The notes under the pieces were generated by a model that did no database searches, was not told the origin of the DNA, and saw only the letters and a list, made by a program, of their open reading frames with translations. A stretch of DNA of 63,316 nt, counting the filler, from Octopus bimaculoides (taxonomy: Eukaryota), in assembly GCF_001194135.2 (NCBI RefSeq). It is 3 parts of 2 records of this genome, joined end to end, with 100 filler letters (N's around TTAATTAATTAA, not from the genome) between each part and the next. Parts side by side here need not be neighbours in the genome. Positions count along the whole stretch, not along the records: positions 1 to 21,306 come from NC_068988.1; positions 21,407 to 40,977 come from NC_068986.1; 1 more part is not named here. The stretch is one strand, 5' to 3'. Positions 12,240 to 26,454 of the stretch are shown here, piece by piece. A program made the position numbers and the translations under genes. The stretch's first letter is position 1. The number at the start of each line of letters is the position of its first letter.

Positions 12240-13190
12240 TTCTAATGGACAGTCAGTTTTAAACTTCTCTGTTATGGCCTAGAGACCTATGATAAATAGA
12301 CAGGGACTAAAAACTAAACTCTAGTAAACTTCTACTTGCATACTTACTTTATTGCTGTCTCTCACCCCTCTAAACATGGCTTGTACAGCCCTTACAAATC
12401 ATTTATTTACTTCTAGCTTCCTCAGTGACTTTTTCCAGAGGTACAATGTCTAAGTACCTCTGTGAGTGTTTTGCTAGGAAGATAGACAACATCAATAGTA
12501 CTTTTTCCTGGCACAAAACCAAACTGTCCTTCACTGAGCTTAATTTTCTTTATCAATTGAGCTATAGCTCTTTCTGCAACATTCATTATTTGGGCCACCA
12601 AATTGTTACTTCTGAAATTTCATATCACTGCTGTAGCTTCTTTGCTCTAGTTGCAGTTAATAACGATACTGCTGCTATGCCAGTCATTTGGTATGACAGC
12701 TTCCTGTTTGACTATATGGTTAACTAGCCCATAACTTATACTGCCAGATATTGTAAATATCTCAGCAGTAATTTTTGATGAACCAGGAGCCTTCATATCC
12801 TTAATTATTAATATACATAAATAATCATATTGCTGCCATCTTGAATGGCTTGTCCACTCTGGACAACCCTTTTCCTCCTTTGGCATCCTCTTCCAAGCCT
12901 CTTTTTTCAATACACTTTTCCCCATCAACATCTCAATTCTCTCTGGTACACACCCTTGCAATCCAAAACACCTCACATCTCTGATTGGCAAATATTTTAC
13001 TAAGTACACCTGACATCTAACTTCTCTTCTTGTTACTTGCTATAAATTCTCCGTATCCTCCCATTCTTCCAGTCCCTTAGCTCTCATGGCTTCATTTACA
13101 GAACTATTCTACTAGCAAATCCAGTCTGACTGAGACCTTGTCCTCAGCCACTTATCCAGTTTGTCGTCGCCCTCTGCAACTCTTCAACTC
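12240..13190 (-). mobile_element. Decayed RTE LINE fragment (linker and RT N-part)
   Basis: KDMKAPGSSKITAEIFTISG..IPNDWHSSSIVINC matches RTE RT (KAPG..AE..W..S.IV); many stops. Confidence 0.75.
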
Positions 13191-16100
13191 ATGCAAGAAA
13201 AGTAAGCAAAGGTCCTTCAAGAATGTTTTCTGTCTGAAATAAGTAGAGAATTATTAAAAAGCATATATCAATTATTAAGTATGTCAAAATTCACCTAAAA
13301 TATAATTAAAATACTATGATAAAATTGCATTTCAAAACACAACACTTAGAATGGCCATTATTTTTGGAACAACCTAATAATATGAACATACTATTGGTAG
13401 AGAGTGAGGCACTGTTACTGCTGCCCACTCAGAAAAATTTGTACCCTTGTTCCTTGTCCACAAGAGGTTAGATGGCAAAGCTCCTCACCATCTAACTTAT
13501 TATACACTACATACATCTAAGTATGTTCTATTACCCCAACAATCACCCTGGACCTACCTTTCTTTACACCTAAATTAACTGTGGTGGTTCTAAAGTTTTG
13601 GACATGCACAATAAACATGTTTTCTATAATAACTAGCCTTGTACTTAACTACATCAATACTCACTGATATTTGAACTAATTAGATCTAATTTACTTTCGG
13701 CCACTCACTTTACACACTGTTTAAAACATCATTGAAAATATATATTATAGGTGGTGAGGGTGGTAGCTGCTGGTGTTGTATAAACCTAGGTCAGTTCTGA
13801 TGGAGCAGTCCTCTTGTATGTGGGTACTTGACTGAACAGCTAGAAATGATCTGTTTTTCCCAGTTATACTATATCTCTACCCTAATGTGAACTATACTGA
13901 ACTCTGCAACATGAAGTGATGGATTGTGTAGGATACAGTTTGGACATATCACAAACCCCCTCGTTTTCCACTTCTGCTTGTCTGTAGATTTCAGTGGTAA
14001 GTCAGGGTTCACATCTGGTCATTCCTTCCTTTTTGCCAGTTTATGAATTGGATACATTCTACCATACCACAAACACTAGAGATGTTAGTTACAATAAGAC
14101 TAAACTGTCCCCCTCAACAATGCATTAGTTTTTCTTTTTCTTCCCAGTAATCCAAATAGAACCCTTTTTATATCCGATGGATTTGTTTAGGATGCCCAAC
14201 TTCCTTGAGGAGGTCACTTTCACTAAAGATGAAAAATAAACAGTGTCTCTTCACAATATAAAGGAAGTGTTTTAACTATCAATGAATTCTTAATAGCAAT
14301 GTAAAGCTGCTGAGAATACTAATGGTTGTCTCTGTATTTTATAACTAGTTAGTTATAACTACCAAAGAAGCTCACAGTAACAATCTTTAAGTGTCACTGA
14401 GTGGTCACCTTAACTTTTGAGAAGCTTAAAAGAGTCCTCTTAAAACAAAGATTATAAAACATAGCTATGTAACAATTCAACATACTTATAAAATAAGTTT
14501 TCCCTCTTCCAAATAGCTGAGAAGTAATTTATGTAAACCTAGAAAATAAGAGCCATATTTGTAAAAATGATAGTTAATCATCAATTATGTTTTGAGTTAA
14601 TATTTTGATTGATAGAGATTCAGTCAATGAATTACTAGGTTTATTCATCGAACTAACTGAAAGAGCAATTTTCTGCTGGTCACTAAATGATATTTACATA
14701 TTTGATTCCCAATTTGTATAATTTTTCTGATATTGTAGAAATAGCAGTGATCATTTGGGTATATTCTTAGGCTTATAGCATACCAAATAACCAAACCAAC
14801 AAATTTTCCTCTGATTTAAAAAAAAAATTTTTTTTTTATCTTCAGTTACCTCTGGGAAATTTCATAATCCAGAAGGAAAAGGGTGGAATAGTACTCGAAT
14901 GTAAATTTTTGTTTGCAACACCATTGTAAACTACATCATCAGAATGTGAAAGTTATGAGGAAACAAAGTTTAGACATGTAGTTTATCTGAAACTCCTCCA
15001 TCTTTGAAAAATTTTTCTGAACTAATTCCAATATAATCATAATGTACACTGAGAGATATTTGTAAAAAATATCCATTTTTCAGAAAGTTATGAGGCAACA
15101 AAGTCAGTGGGTAGGGAGAATACTTTAGGAGAAAGGAAATTAGGCAAGCTTATATTTTGTACAATTGACATAAATAAATTAAAACTACTTTTCTTCTTCA
15201 GCTTTCTATTTCTTCAAAAACACCCAACAAATATGAAAGGATATTGGAATTAGCATAATTTGGTTAATGTTGGATTAAACTTATAATTTGGAGAAATGGT
15301 TTTACTGATATGTCTGTAGATAGTAGCACAATGAAGTGTGTTTGAGAGAGAACACTATTCTGCAATTTCAAAAATGAATGCTAGCTCACAATGAATTAAA
15401 ATTAGTTTTCTGCTGTTGAAATCTGCAGTAATAAAATCCTTGAAAATCACATTTTGATAAAAAAAAATATACTAAAATTAGAATTTTCACCTATTTTCTA
15501 GACAGTGTAGACTTTAATAATTGGTTTCTCTTAGTGAAATTATATACTCCCAACAAATTAGAATTTTATAGGTGGTTAGTCGTTGCATACTCGAAATCAG
15601 CTTTTATCAAACATGCCTATGGTCAAAAATAATCCAACCATAACAAGCCATATTTCTAGACATATATTATCTCAGATTACCTTATTTGTTTTTTATCTTT
15701 TTCTTTTTCTTTCAATAAATTGTGATTTGAGGAAGATTTGAATTTTAGTCCTTTTTTTTTTTTTTTTTTTTTTTTCATTGCAAGTCAAGTCACCATATAG
15801 AAGCTCCTAATCCAATACATCAGTTAATTATAAAATCTAGTTTAAAATAGTTGTGTGTGTGTGTGTGTGTGTGTGTGTTGAATGAAGACATATAAAGATA
15901 TGTTTGCAATAAAAACTGAAATTGTGGAAAGCCATGGATGCTAGCTAAAAACACAATAATGTCTGCTGGTAACTGAATTCGACTGAAGTTATCAGCTGAA
16001 ATAGTATCTGAAAAGTTGCAACTTTAAAATACCAACATATTTTGTATTGCATATTTTTCTTCTCTGCATCATACCACTAAGAATAATTAATACTTTTTAA

Positions 16101-16475
16101 TTTCAGCAAAAATTTTATTCACATTTTAATTAACCATTTAAATTTATTTATTTTAGGGGACACACTTTTATTTTAACAAAATTGTTACAATTTAACTCTC
16201 AACTCTGTTCTTGGCATGTTCTGTATGTATAAATAATATACATTCTTTTTTTAGGCCTTGCTGTCACCATCGGAGAGAAGTGGGGTATATATAAATATGT
16301 TTATATAATCTTTGACATATTTAAATTGCCTTTTCTTTTTTTGCATGGGTTTAAAGTTGTGTTTTCACACACTGTGAGTCAGTGTTACAGGTTTCCTTTA
16401 GTTGGAAACTATCCCTGTCTTGCACAGTTTATATAAGTTATATATATATATATATATATATATATNNNNNNNNNN

Positions 16476-16509
<34 letters not shown>

Positions 16510-17089
16510 TTGCTTGTAACTTTTTCCTCTCTTTATAGCATTCTGCTATTTCTTAAAATGGCATATTTTTTTTCTTTACTTAAAATTTCTATTCAAAATT
16601 AGTTGTAATTTTCACAAATAATTATGTAAATGAAATAAGTAGTATTTTAATTTTTAGTTGAGCAAATATTTTGCTAAACTGCATGCTAAAGGGTTTTAAC
16701 TGTGTTGTATTCTTCATCAACTTGTCTCTCTAGTAGATGGAAGGCAGTGATTTTTCTTTTTTTTTCAATGCAACCTGAATTTTTAGTTTTTATATTAGTT
16801 TTATATTGTAAAGATAAACAAAAAATTATTTTGGCACTTTTAGCCTCTGTCTTTTTTATTTGGAAGTATGAATGATTCCAAACACTGTCAAATGAGTAGA
16901 GGAGAATTAAACCTGGAAAAGGGAGATGAGAACAAGATTGCTGTAAGCTTATCAAAACTGTCACATGAGTGGATATTGTCTTTTAATGATGGAATTGGTT
17001 TTGAGAGTATCAAGTCCAGCCAATCACTAATTTGTGTTCAGTGTTTTTATTTCCCATAACCAGCTCAGTGACTACTATGTAATTATGAC

Positions 17090-17132
<43 letters not shown>

Positions 17133-18959
17133 GTTTACTGTTAAGGTAGGATCAACAAAAAGAAGTACTCAATCCAATGAGAAATAAATGTCATTTAATG
17201 TGCACAGTAATAAAATGTGCTACTAATAGTTTTGTGCCATGGAGTCACAAGGCATGTTATATAAATCTGCTTCTTTATATTGTGTGTGTATAGTGAAAAG
17301 ATAGTAATGAAGTATCCAGGCAGGTACTGTTCAAGCACTCAGTTATAATCCAAGTTATGGCTAACCACATCAAGTGGTAATGAACACCTAGGATTACTTG
17401 AAGTAAACAATCTCAATGTATTTCATCTGATTTATAAATCCTGAGTTTGCTAGATTATAAATAGTTTACCAAATGGGTATTCAAGACAATTACAATGAAT
17501 ATGGAGATTAATACATCTGCATATATTTTTTTTTCTAAAGCCAGTTATACACATTTTTATCTAAATGTGTCCAACGTATGTTTCTGTGGTTAATCTCTAG
17601 TTTAAAACCCAGTCACAAAAATGAAAAACAAATAGGTGTAAAACAATGTATGGTAAATGAATATGAAAAAAAAATGTGGCTAAATAAAAAAATTGCAGTA
17701 GTATATCAGTAACAATAAGGTTAGTCAGAAGGACTGAAGAAATTGTTCCTTAGTTTATTTATATACAGGTGCAGGAAGTCTTCAAATCTTTCCAAGGAAA
17801 TGAAATTAAATAAAATATTTTCATCATCACATTTAAGAATTTGTCGTCTTGCACTTCAGAATGTTTGTGCTTCTACAGTAGAGGCACAAGCATTCTCAAG
17901 CACTAGATGACAAATTCTTAAATGTGATGTAAATATTTTGTTATTTTATTTCATCTCATTTTCTTAGAAAAATTGAAGATTGTGTATAAATAAATGAAGG
18001 AATAATTACTTAATTTCTTCTGTCTAACCATGCAATGAATCTTTACAGTTAACCTGTGGACTTTGAAATTATTTTCTATCATTAAATAAAAGATTGTAAT
18101 GTGTTACTGCTTCAATCACATCTGAATTTTAAAGAATTATTATTTCTGCTTTCACACAGTAACTATTTATCATTAGACTATTTGGAACCTACTATTACTT
18201 CTAACATGTTCTGACATGATTATAATTTCAATTAAACTGTACCACTATATCCATTTTAATCCTGCAGAAGTGTTAGATCCTGTGTCTTTAATGGTTCACT
18301 ATTTACACACATACATTTAGCATACTGTGTTTCTGTATTTGAACTCAGTTTAAGTCAATGCTAATATGACTAATCAGTATCGTTCTACTTGTGAAAGCCA
18401 CCCTACATATATCTCTCTACTTGGACACCTATATCTACTATTTCCCCTTATGGTACTATTTTCTGTTTGTTGCTTTGGTGGATCTTAACTTCCAATCTAC
18501 ATACTTCAGGTTTACATTTCTACTCATTTCTCTTTTGTTGTTCTTTATGTGTCTCTGTTCCATTATCAGTGAAGTTGTGTAGCCTAATGGTTGGATGTTC
18601 AGCTCATTATGATAATAATGTGGCTTCACTTCCTTGACTAGGTGACATGTGTCTTTGAGCAAGGCCTTTCATTTCACATTGCTTCACTCTACACTGTTGT
18701 AAATGAGTACCTTTCAGCTACTGATACAAACTTCTTTTCCTTCTACTGTTACATCTTGGATGTTCCACTGGATCATAGATGAAGGGTCAAAAGAGTGTCT
18801 GTTTCAGCTCACAACTACATAAACATATTTAGCAAAAGCACAACAGTTGCCAGTTGTTGAGTCTCTTATAACCTCAGTCCAGTAATTGTAGCCAATTCTA
18901 CTATTCTTGTCACAAACTATATATTATGCATTGTGCTACTTAAAAGGGTTGGATATGAT

Positions 18960-19450
18960 TGTTTTCCATGCTAGCATGGGTTGGGTGGATCATCAGTGTC
19001 TGCATCAACTCTTCAAAGTTATTGTCTTCCTAGATGGATTGAAGGACCACATTTCACTTGAACATTAAATATGGCATGGTTTCTATAGCTGGATGCTCTT
19101 CCTGTAACCAACTACTCTACAAAAGTGTACTGGGTACATTTTATCATGATCTCAACAACACAAGACTAAGGTTGATCTCCACTCTAATTTTCTCCAACCT
19201 ATTTACAATGCGATGAGTGCATCTTATCGTGGCACTCATGCTGTTTCCTTGCACCCTACATTGTCTCTGTCTATACAGGGCAATGTACTAATAGAGTGGA
19301 CAGAAAAACAACTAAGATGAAAAGAAGCAAGAATTGAGAGTGTGGAGGGCAAGACAGGGTGATTGGAATAAAAGCTGGAAGAAGAGAGGAAGGAATAACA
19401 GAAGAGATAGTATCATTAAAAAATTTGAAAGTTGTATATCATATTTCAGA
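18960..19450 (-). mobile_element. Old non-autonomous repeat carrying the RTE-type 3' tail
   Basis: ttccatgctagcatgggttgg and tttctatagctggatgctcttcct match the RTE tail seen at 21115-21250 and 61880-62010. Related decayed pieces occur at about 840-890 and 10470-11530. Confidence 0.5.
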
Positions 19451-21069
19451 GATAGTATGTAAAAGTGTCAAGACACATTTAGGTGGTGTGTGTCTCTGTT
19501 TGTACATCTTTCTCTTCACAGTGGGATTTCAGTTTCAGTTAATGACTTTGGTCAACATTTGGTATTACATACTTTAACAGATAGAAGAGAACTAATGATT
19601 TGTAGATCATCTATGTCTTTTGCTTCAGATGTTAAGAACAATTTTGTTAAACTTTAATTTTCACTTCAACAATGCCTTTGAATGTAAATAATTACAACCA
19701 GATATTAATGAGGTTAAGAAACGTGTAAGCTTATCTCTTTGAAAGTTTATCTTCCATTCTAATTGAGCAGATTATATTTACTACATAGCAAGATGGTAGC
19801 TTTGTTTGTAAGAACTTAAATTCTAGGGCAGATCAAAATAGAATAATCTTAATTGCTTGTTAGCTTTCCTTTGGGGAAAATAGTAACTTTGGTAAAGGAT
19901 TGAATGTTGCAGATACCCAATTTTATCTGCTTTGTTATATTGCTGATTTCCACCTACTCAAGGAATAGCAAAAACATTAAACAAAATTCTTAAGACCTCA
20001 GTGTTCCAGGTTAAAATTTGTCACTAAATATATTTATATGGAGGACATCTCTTCTAGCTGGTTAATGATGCACAGCTAAAACAGAGTTTGTGTGTAGTAT
20101 GTTCTTTCAGGATTCGAAAACTGAATTGCCAATTTTGATGTATGAGGTATCAAAAGATTCAGTAGTCTTTTGGCTACCAAATGAAGTATGTTTTTTGCAC
20201 AGCTGTTTTTTACTACAAAAATAACCTCGAAAACAAGGTCAGGTCGCACAATTGTGAGGTCATTTTCAGGCAATATTTGAATTTGCTTCTAATCTACATT
20301 GCCAGTTTCCAGTGTCAAAACATGCAACAACGTACAAGGAGTGCTATGAGTGCATTTGTGATGCACAAAACCCTCTCTGTCAATGGAAAATGACCAAAAA
20401 ACATACTTTTTGGAACAATTATTGGCACATTTTCTGTCAATAATGGCCTTTCTGCCACAACTAAACTGCCTATGTGAATGTCTTCAGTATTCCATGATTA
20501 AACAATGTCTTTCAAATATTGTGATTACTTCTGAGATTACTACTGAAAACAATATGTCCATGTAGATTTTCTTGGTAGCAAATGACTCAGGAATGCTTAA
20601 ACAAGCATTCTCACGTTTAAATTCAATAAAATTTCCCCAAGGAAAGAGCCTATATTTTTTAAAGTGTGATAAAGACATGGAGCAATGACTAAAACCTTTT
20701 GAGCTTTTTTGCCTTTAACATTTTTCTCTTTATTCAACCCAATTTATGCAAAGTTGCTTTTCGTTATTAGTACATATTCTTTCCATAAGCCGCAAAGTTC
20801 ATAAGGATTTTATTACAATCTCCCTATTTTTCACACTGGCTGAACATGTACTATAACGCGGGTGGTGCAATGGAAAACAAATATCTGACCTGATAACCTC
20901 AGTGAAGACGACGACACTGCACATCTGTGTGAGGGCAAATTAAGGTCACATACACACATGAGTCTACCCACAGTACATATCCTTTCATTGGTTGGGATGT
21001 ACATCATGTTCACTGATTGGTACAATTTCAAATCAGTTTTTCCTTATCAGAGACATGTACTGCAATACC

Positions 21070-21070
<1 letters not shown>

Positions 21071-21111
<41 letters not shown>

Positions 21112-21306
21112 GTTTAACGTCCGCCTTCCATGCTAGCATGGGTTGGACGATTTGACTGAGGACTGGTGAAACCGGATGGCAACACCAGGCTCCAATCTAA
21201 TTTGGCAGAGTTTCTACAGCTGGATGCCCTTCCTAACGCCAACCACTCAGAGAGTGTAGTGGGTGCTTTTACGTGTCACCCGCACGAAAACGGCCACGCT
21301 CGAAAT
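21071..21306 (-). mobile_element. RTE-type 3' end with (GAT)n tail
   Basis: Reverse complement of ggcgttaggaagggcatccagctgtagaaac...catgctagcatggaaggcggacgttaaacgatgatgat; homologous to 61860-62035. Confidence 0.8.
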
Positions 21307-21406
21307 NNNNNNNNNNNNNNNNNNNNNNNNNNNNNNNNNNNNNNNNNNNNTTAATTAATTAANNNNNNNNNNNNNNNNNNNNNNNNNNNNNNNNNNNNNN
21401 NNNNNN
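21307..21406. other. Artificial scaffold spacer 44N-TTAATTAATTAA-44N
   Basis: Exactly 100 bp; the 12-mer puts stop codons in all six frames; an identical construct lies at 40978-41077. Confidence 0.95.
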
Positions 21407-21442
21407 ATATATAATATCAATATCAATTTACCTACTTACCTA

Positions 21443-21870
21443 GGCTCAGGTGTGGCTTTGTGGTAAGAAGCTTGCTTCCTACCAAGATGGTTCCGGGTTC
21501 AGTTTCACTGAGTGGTAACTTGTGCAAGTGTCTTCTACTATGGCCTCGGGCCGACCAAAGCTTCGTGAGTGGATATGGTGGACGGAAACTGAAAGAAACC
21601 TGTCATATATATATGTGTATACACATATATATATACACACATATATACACACACATATATACACACACACATATACACATATGTGTGTGTGCATATGTGT
21701 GTGTGTGTGTGTGTGTGTGTGTCTTTGTGTTTGTTCCCCAACCATCGCTGGACAAACAATGCTGGTGTGTTTCTGTTCCCGTAAGTTAGCGGTTCGGCAA
21801 GTGAGACCGATAGAATAAATACTAGGCTTACAAAGAATAGATCCTGGGTTCAATTTCTGTGAGTAAAAAC
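21443..21870 (+). mobile_element. SINE family A
   Basis: Head, (TA/CA/TG)n core and tail homologous to the other copies. Confidence 0.85.
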
Positions 21871-23083
21871 CCTTTAATGCAAGAAAAATAGAGAAAAATC
21901 AATATATCCTTCCGCTTTTTGCATCGACATTCTCGTACTTTTTCTCTTGATTGCTCTTGTATCAGCGTCCTGAGTAGCAAATTCAATAGGCCACGTGCTC
22001 TGCGCTCAAAGATTGCTTGGAGATACAAGACGTGTTATAAAAACCTGCCTAGACCCGCGTCTCCAAGCAAGAAACTATCTTTGTTCTATGTACTTTATGT
22101 GTGTTATGTATGTATATATATATATATATATATATNNNNNNNNNNNNNNNNNNNNNNNNNNNNNNNNNNNNNNNNNNNNNNNNNNNNNNNNNNNNNNNNN
22201 NNNNNNNNNNNNNNNNNNNNNNNNNNNNNNNNNNNNNNNNNNNNNNNNNNNNNNNNNNNNNNNNNNNNNNNNNNNNNNNNNNNNNNNNNNNNNNNNNNNN
22301 NNNNNNNNNNNNNNNNNNNNNNNNNNNNNNNNNNNNNNNNNNNNNNNNNNNNNNNNNNNNNNNNNNNNNNNNNNNNNNNNNNNNNNNNNNNNNNNNNNNN
22401 NNNNNNNNNNNNNNNNNNNNNNNNNNNNNNNNNNNNNNNNNNNNNNNNNNNNNNNNNNNNNNNNNNNNNNNNNNNNNNNNNNNNNNNNNNNNNNNNNNNN
22501 NNNNNNNNNNNNNNNNNNNNNNNNNNNNNNNNNNNNNNNNNNNNNNNNNNNNNNNNNNNNNNNNNNNNNNNNNNNNNNNNNNNNNNNNNNNNNNNNNNNN
22601 NNNNNNNNNNNNNNNNNNNNNNNNNNNNNNNNNNNNNNNNNNNNNNNNNNNNNNNNNNNNNNNNNNNNNNNNNNNNNNNNNNNNNNNNNNNNNNNNNNNN
22701 NNNNNNNNNNNNNNNNNNNNNNNNNNNNNNNNNNNNNNNNNNNNNNNNNNNNNNNNNNNNNNNNNNNNNNNNNNNNNNNNNNNNNNNNNNNNNNNNNNNN
22801 NNNNNNNNNNNNNNNNNNNNNNNNNNNNNNNNNNNNNNNNNNNNNNNNNNNNNNNNNNNNNNNNNNNNNNNNNNNNNNNNNNNNNNNNNNNNNNNNNNNN
22901 NNNNNNNNNNNNNNNNNNNNNNNNNNNNNNNNNNNNNNNNNNNNNNNNNNNNNNNNNNNNNNNNNNNNNNNNNNNNNNNNNNNNNNNNNNNNNNNNNNNN
23001 NNNNNNNNNNNNNNNNNNNNNNNNNNNNGATGTATATTTTTATACAGACATAATAAAGAGATAAAAATGGACGCGTGCATGCA

Positions 23084-23124
<41 letters not shown>

Positions 23125-24024
23125 TTTATTTGCATATGTAAATTAATGCATACGCGCGCGCACACATTCGCACAGTTTAAATACATTACTGATTTATAAG
23201 CTACGCACGTGCACGCGTGCACACACACTTTCACACAAACCATTTAAAGACATTGGAAGCAATGTGTCTGTGAACATGCAGGAACAGACGCTCGCACAGA
23301 ATTCTTCTTATTGCATACATGTACGTGCCTCTGTCTGTCTGTCTGTCTCTGTCTCTCTCTCTCTATCCCTCCCCCTCTCTCTATCTCCCTCCCCCCTCTC
23401 TCTCCCTCTTTCTGTGTGTATGTACGTGCATGCGTGTATTTATGCTCATTTTCTAATGTCGTTCGTCAAACATGTAACGAAACTTATAAACAAGTCTTCT
23501 TTACTATTTCTACCCAAACTAAGTCTATCGAGTTTTCGAACATAAATCGTGTTTAAATTAGAGCTTCCTTGCAGGACATCCTGTATATAAATTAACTGGT
23601 TTACGTTAGTGTTTAAAATATATAGCAGATCTCCTTAGGTATCAGATCACAGATCAAATAGCCCAGAGGTACAGTTTTTCCTCACTTTCTCCAATTCTGT
23701 GTTCATTAATAAGCAATAAAATTTCTCTAATTCTACTCACCTAACTCTATATAGGCTACTGTTATTGTTTAACCTCAGGTTGGTTCAGATTAAGCAGATC
23801 TATGATCAAGGATATTCCATGCTTGACATTCATGTATTCTTGTATATTAAGAAATGGTTGTAATTGCTTGTATGAACCCGTCACGTCATTTTTCTATGCT
23901 TAAAGCACGCGATATTCTTATTTTATTCCATTAACGCAAGATATGTGTTCTATGGGAAAATCTGATCTCCTAAATACCTGAATACCGTACTTTCGTATTT
24001 TCGTGCTCTCTCCGATTTCTCTCT

Positions 24025-24230
24025 CTTTACTCTTTTACTTGTTTCAGTCATTTGACTGTGGCCATGCTGGAGCACCGCTTTTAGTCGAGCAAATCGACCC
24101 CAGAACTTATTCTTTGTAAGCTTAGTACTTATTCTATCGGTTACTTTAACCGAACCGCTAGGTTACGGGGACGTAAACACACCAGCATCAGTTGTCAATC
24201 GATGTTGGGGGCACAAACACAGACACGCAA

Positions 24231-24282
<52 letters not shown>

Positions 24283-24373
24283 GGCACCTTGGGCAAGTGT
24301 CTTCTACTATAGCCTCGGGTCGACCAAAGCCTTGTGAGTGAATTTGGTAGACGGAAACTGAAAGAAGCCTGTC

Positions 24374-24378
<5 letters not shown>
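24025..24378. mobile_element. SINE family A, internally inverted (tail minus, head part plus)
   Basis: Tail in reverse orientation at 24025-24280, then ggcaccttgggcaagtg...gcctgtcg in forward orientation. Confidence 0.75.
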
Positions 24379-24404
<26 letters not shown>

Positions 24405-25097
24405 NNNNNNNNNNNNNNNNNNNNNNNNNNNNNNNNNNNNNNNNNNNNNNNNNNNNNNNNNNNNNNNNNNNNNNNNNNNNNNNNNNNNNNNNNNNNNNNN
24501 NNNNNNNNNNNNNNNNNNNNNNNNNNNNNNNNNNNNNNNNNNNNNNNNNNNNNNNNNNNNNNNNNNNNNNNNNNNNNNNNNNNNNNNNNNNNNNNNNNNN
24601 NNNNNNNNNNNNNNNNNNNNNNNNNNNNNNNNNNNNNNNNNNNNNNNNNNNNNNNNNNNNNNNNNNNNNNNNNNNNNNNNNNNNNNNNNNNNNNNNNNNN
24701 NNNNNNNNNNNNNNNNNNNNNNNNNNNNNNNNNNNNNNNNNNNNNNNNNNNNNNNNNNNNNNNNNNNNNNNNNNNNNNNNNNNNNNNNNNNNNNNNNNNN
24801 NNNNNNNNNNNNNNNNNNNNNNNNNNNNNNNNNNNNNNNNNNNNNNNNNNNNNNNNNNNNNNNNNNNNNNNNNNNNNNNNNNNNNNNNNNNNNNNNNNNN
24901 NNNNNNNNNNNNNNNNNNNNNNNNNNNNNNNNNNNNNNNNNNNNNNNNNNNNNNNNNNNNNNNNNNNNNNNNNNNNNNNNNNNNNNNNNNNNNNNNNNNN
25001 NNNNNNNNNNNNNNNNNNNNNNNNNNNNNNNNNNNNNNNNNNNNNNNNNNNNNNNNNNNNNNNNNNNNNNNNNNNNNNNNNNNNNNNNTATATATAT

Positions 25098-25144
<47 letters not shown>

Positions 25145-25258
25145 CAAACACACATATAATGTCTGTGTCTCTGTTTTCATCTGTTAAACACGATGAAGCA
25201 ACAAAAAAAAAAGAAAAAAAGGAAAAGAAAAGAATGATAAACGATTTTAAACACATTA

Positions 25259-25298
<40 letters not shown>

Positions 25299-25639
25299 TA
25301 TACCGTAACTACTTAGACATTCCATAAACATTGATCGACAAGCTAACTACTAGACTGCAATAATTATTGGGATCGATACGGTCAACTAAAAGCACTTCAG
25401 GCGGTGCTCCCGCCCGGCAGCAGTCCAATGATTGAAACCAGTAAGAGAATAAAAGAACAAAAGAAAATAATTTCCTAACGGAAACAGCTGTTTTTGAAAA
25501 TAAATATTCAATGAAGGAATACATTTATGTATTTTGTTAGGAGATATATGACACTGTGTATATTCATTAGTCACATTTAAAAACTGTACAACTGCTTCCA
25601 GATGGTCACTATATTGCGGGAATATGCTTGTGTACATAC

Positions 25640-25643
25640 CTAC

Positions 25644-25693
<50 letters not shown>

Positions 25694-26009
25694 ATGCATG
25701 CATGTATTTATCTATATGTATGCATATTTGTATGTATGTATGTATGTATGTATGTATGTATAGAAAGAGGAGTGTGTGTGTGAGGTGGAGAGAAAGAGAG
25801 AGCTGGACAGTTAGACGGACAGGTGATCGGGTTACCGCCGATTAATATTCCGTCAACATGACACAGAGAGATTAAATACGTTATATATAGTTGTATATAT
25901 GTTGTATATATATGTTGTATATATATGTTGTATATATATGTTGTATATATGTTGTATATATAGTTGTATATATGTATGTGATTGAGTATATGTGCGCATA
26001 TATGTAAGT

Positions 26010-26059
<50 letters not shown>

Positions 26060-26139
26060 TACATACATACGCAATCTGTATAAGCATACTTGTGTATACA
26101 TATATATATGTATGTATGTATATATGTTTATATATGTAC

Positions 26140-26176
<37 letters not shown>

Positions 26177-26230
26177 TGTATGTGAGTATACTATAGATAT
26201 GCTATCCCCGTGCGCGCACACGCACACATA
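25640..26230. repeat. Compound TA/TG/TATG microsatellite with a (GTTGTATATATAT)n minisatellite at about 25888-25970
   Basis: Read directly from the sequence. Confidence 0.9.
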
Positions 26231-26454
26231 CACACATGTTACCTCGACGTCCATCTACAAATGCAACGTTTGGCTACATCGTCAGTTTGTATCGTGAGGT
26301 CACTGGATGCTTCTAATCTGACACCAAATACCTTTTTCCACCCAGGGGAACCAACTTAGCCTGATCAAATCTAAGCCTGTGTCCATGCGGCATTCTACAG
26401 ATCCCACCAGTCACCTCTTTTCAGCTTATACCTCTTTCTTTATGGACCTTCAGG

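Noticed and set aside
21351-21362. TTAATTAATTAA island between N runs (also 41022-41033), which looks like a conserved palindrome
   Set aside because: Exact 44N+12+44N geometry twice, with stops in six frames: an assembler spacer, not biology.
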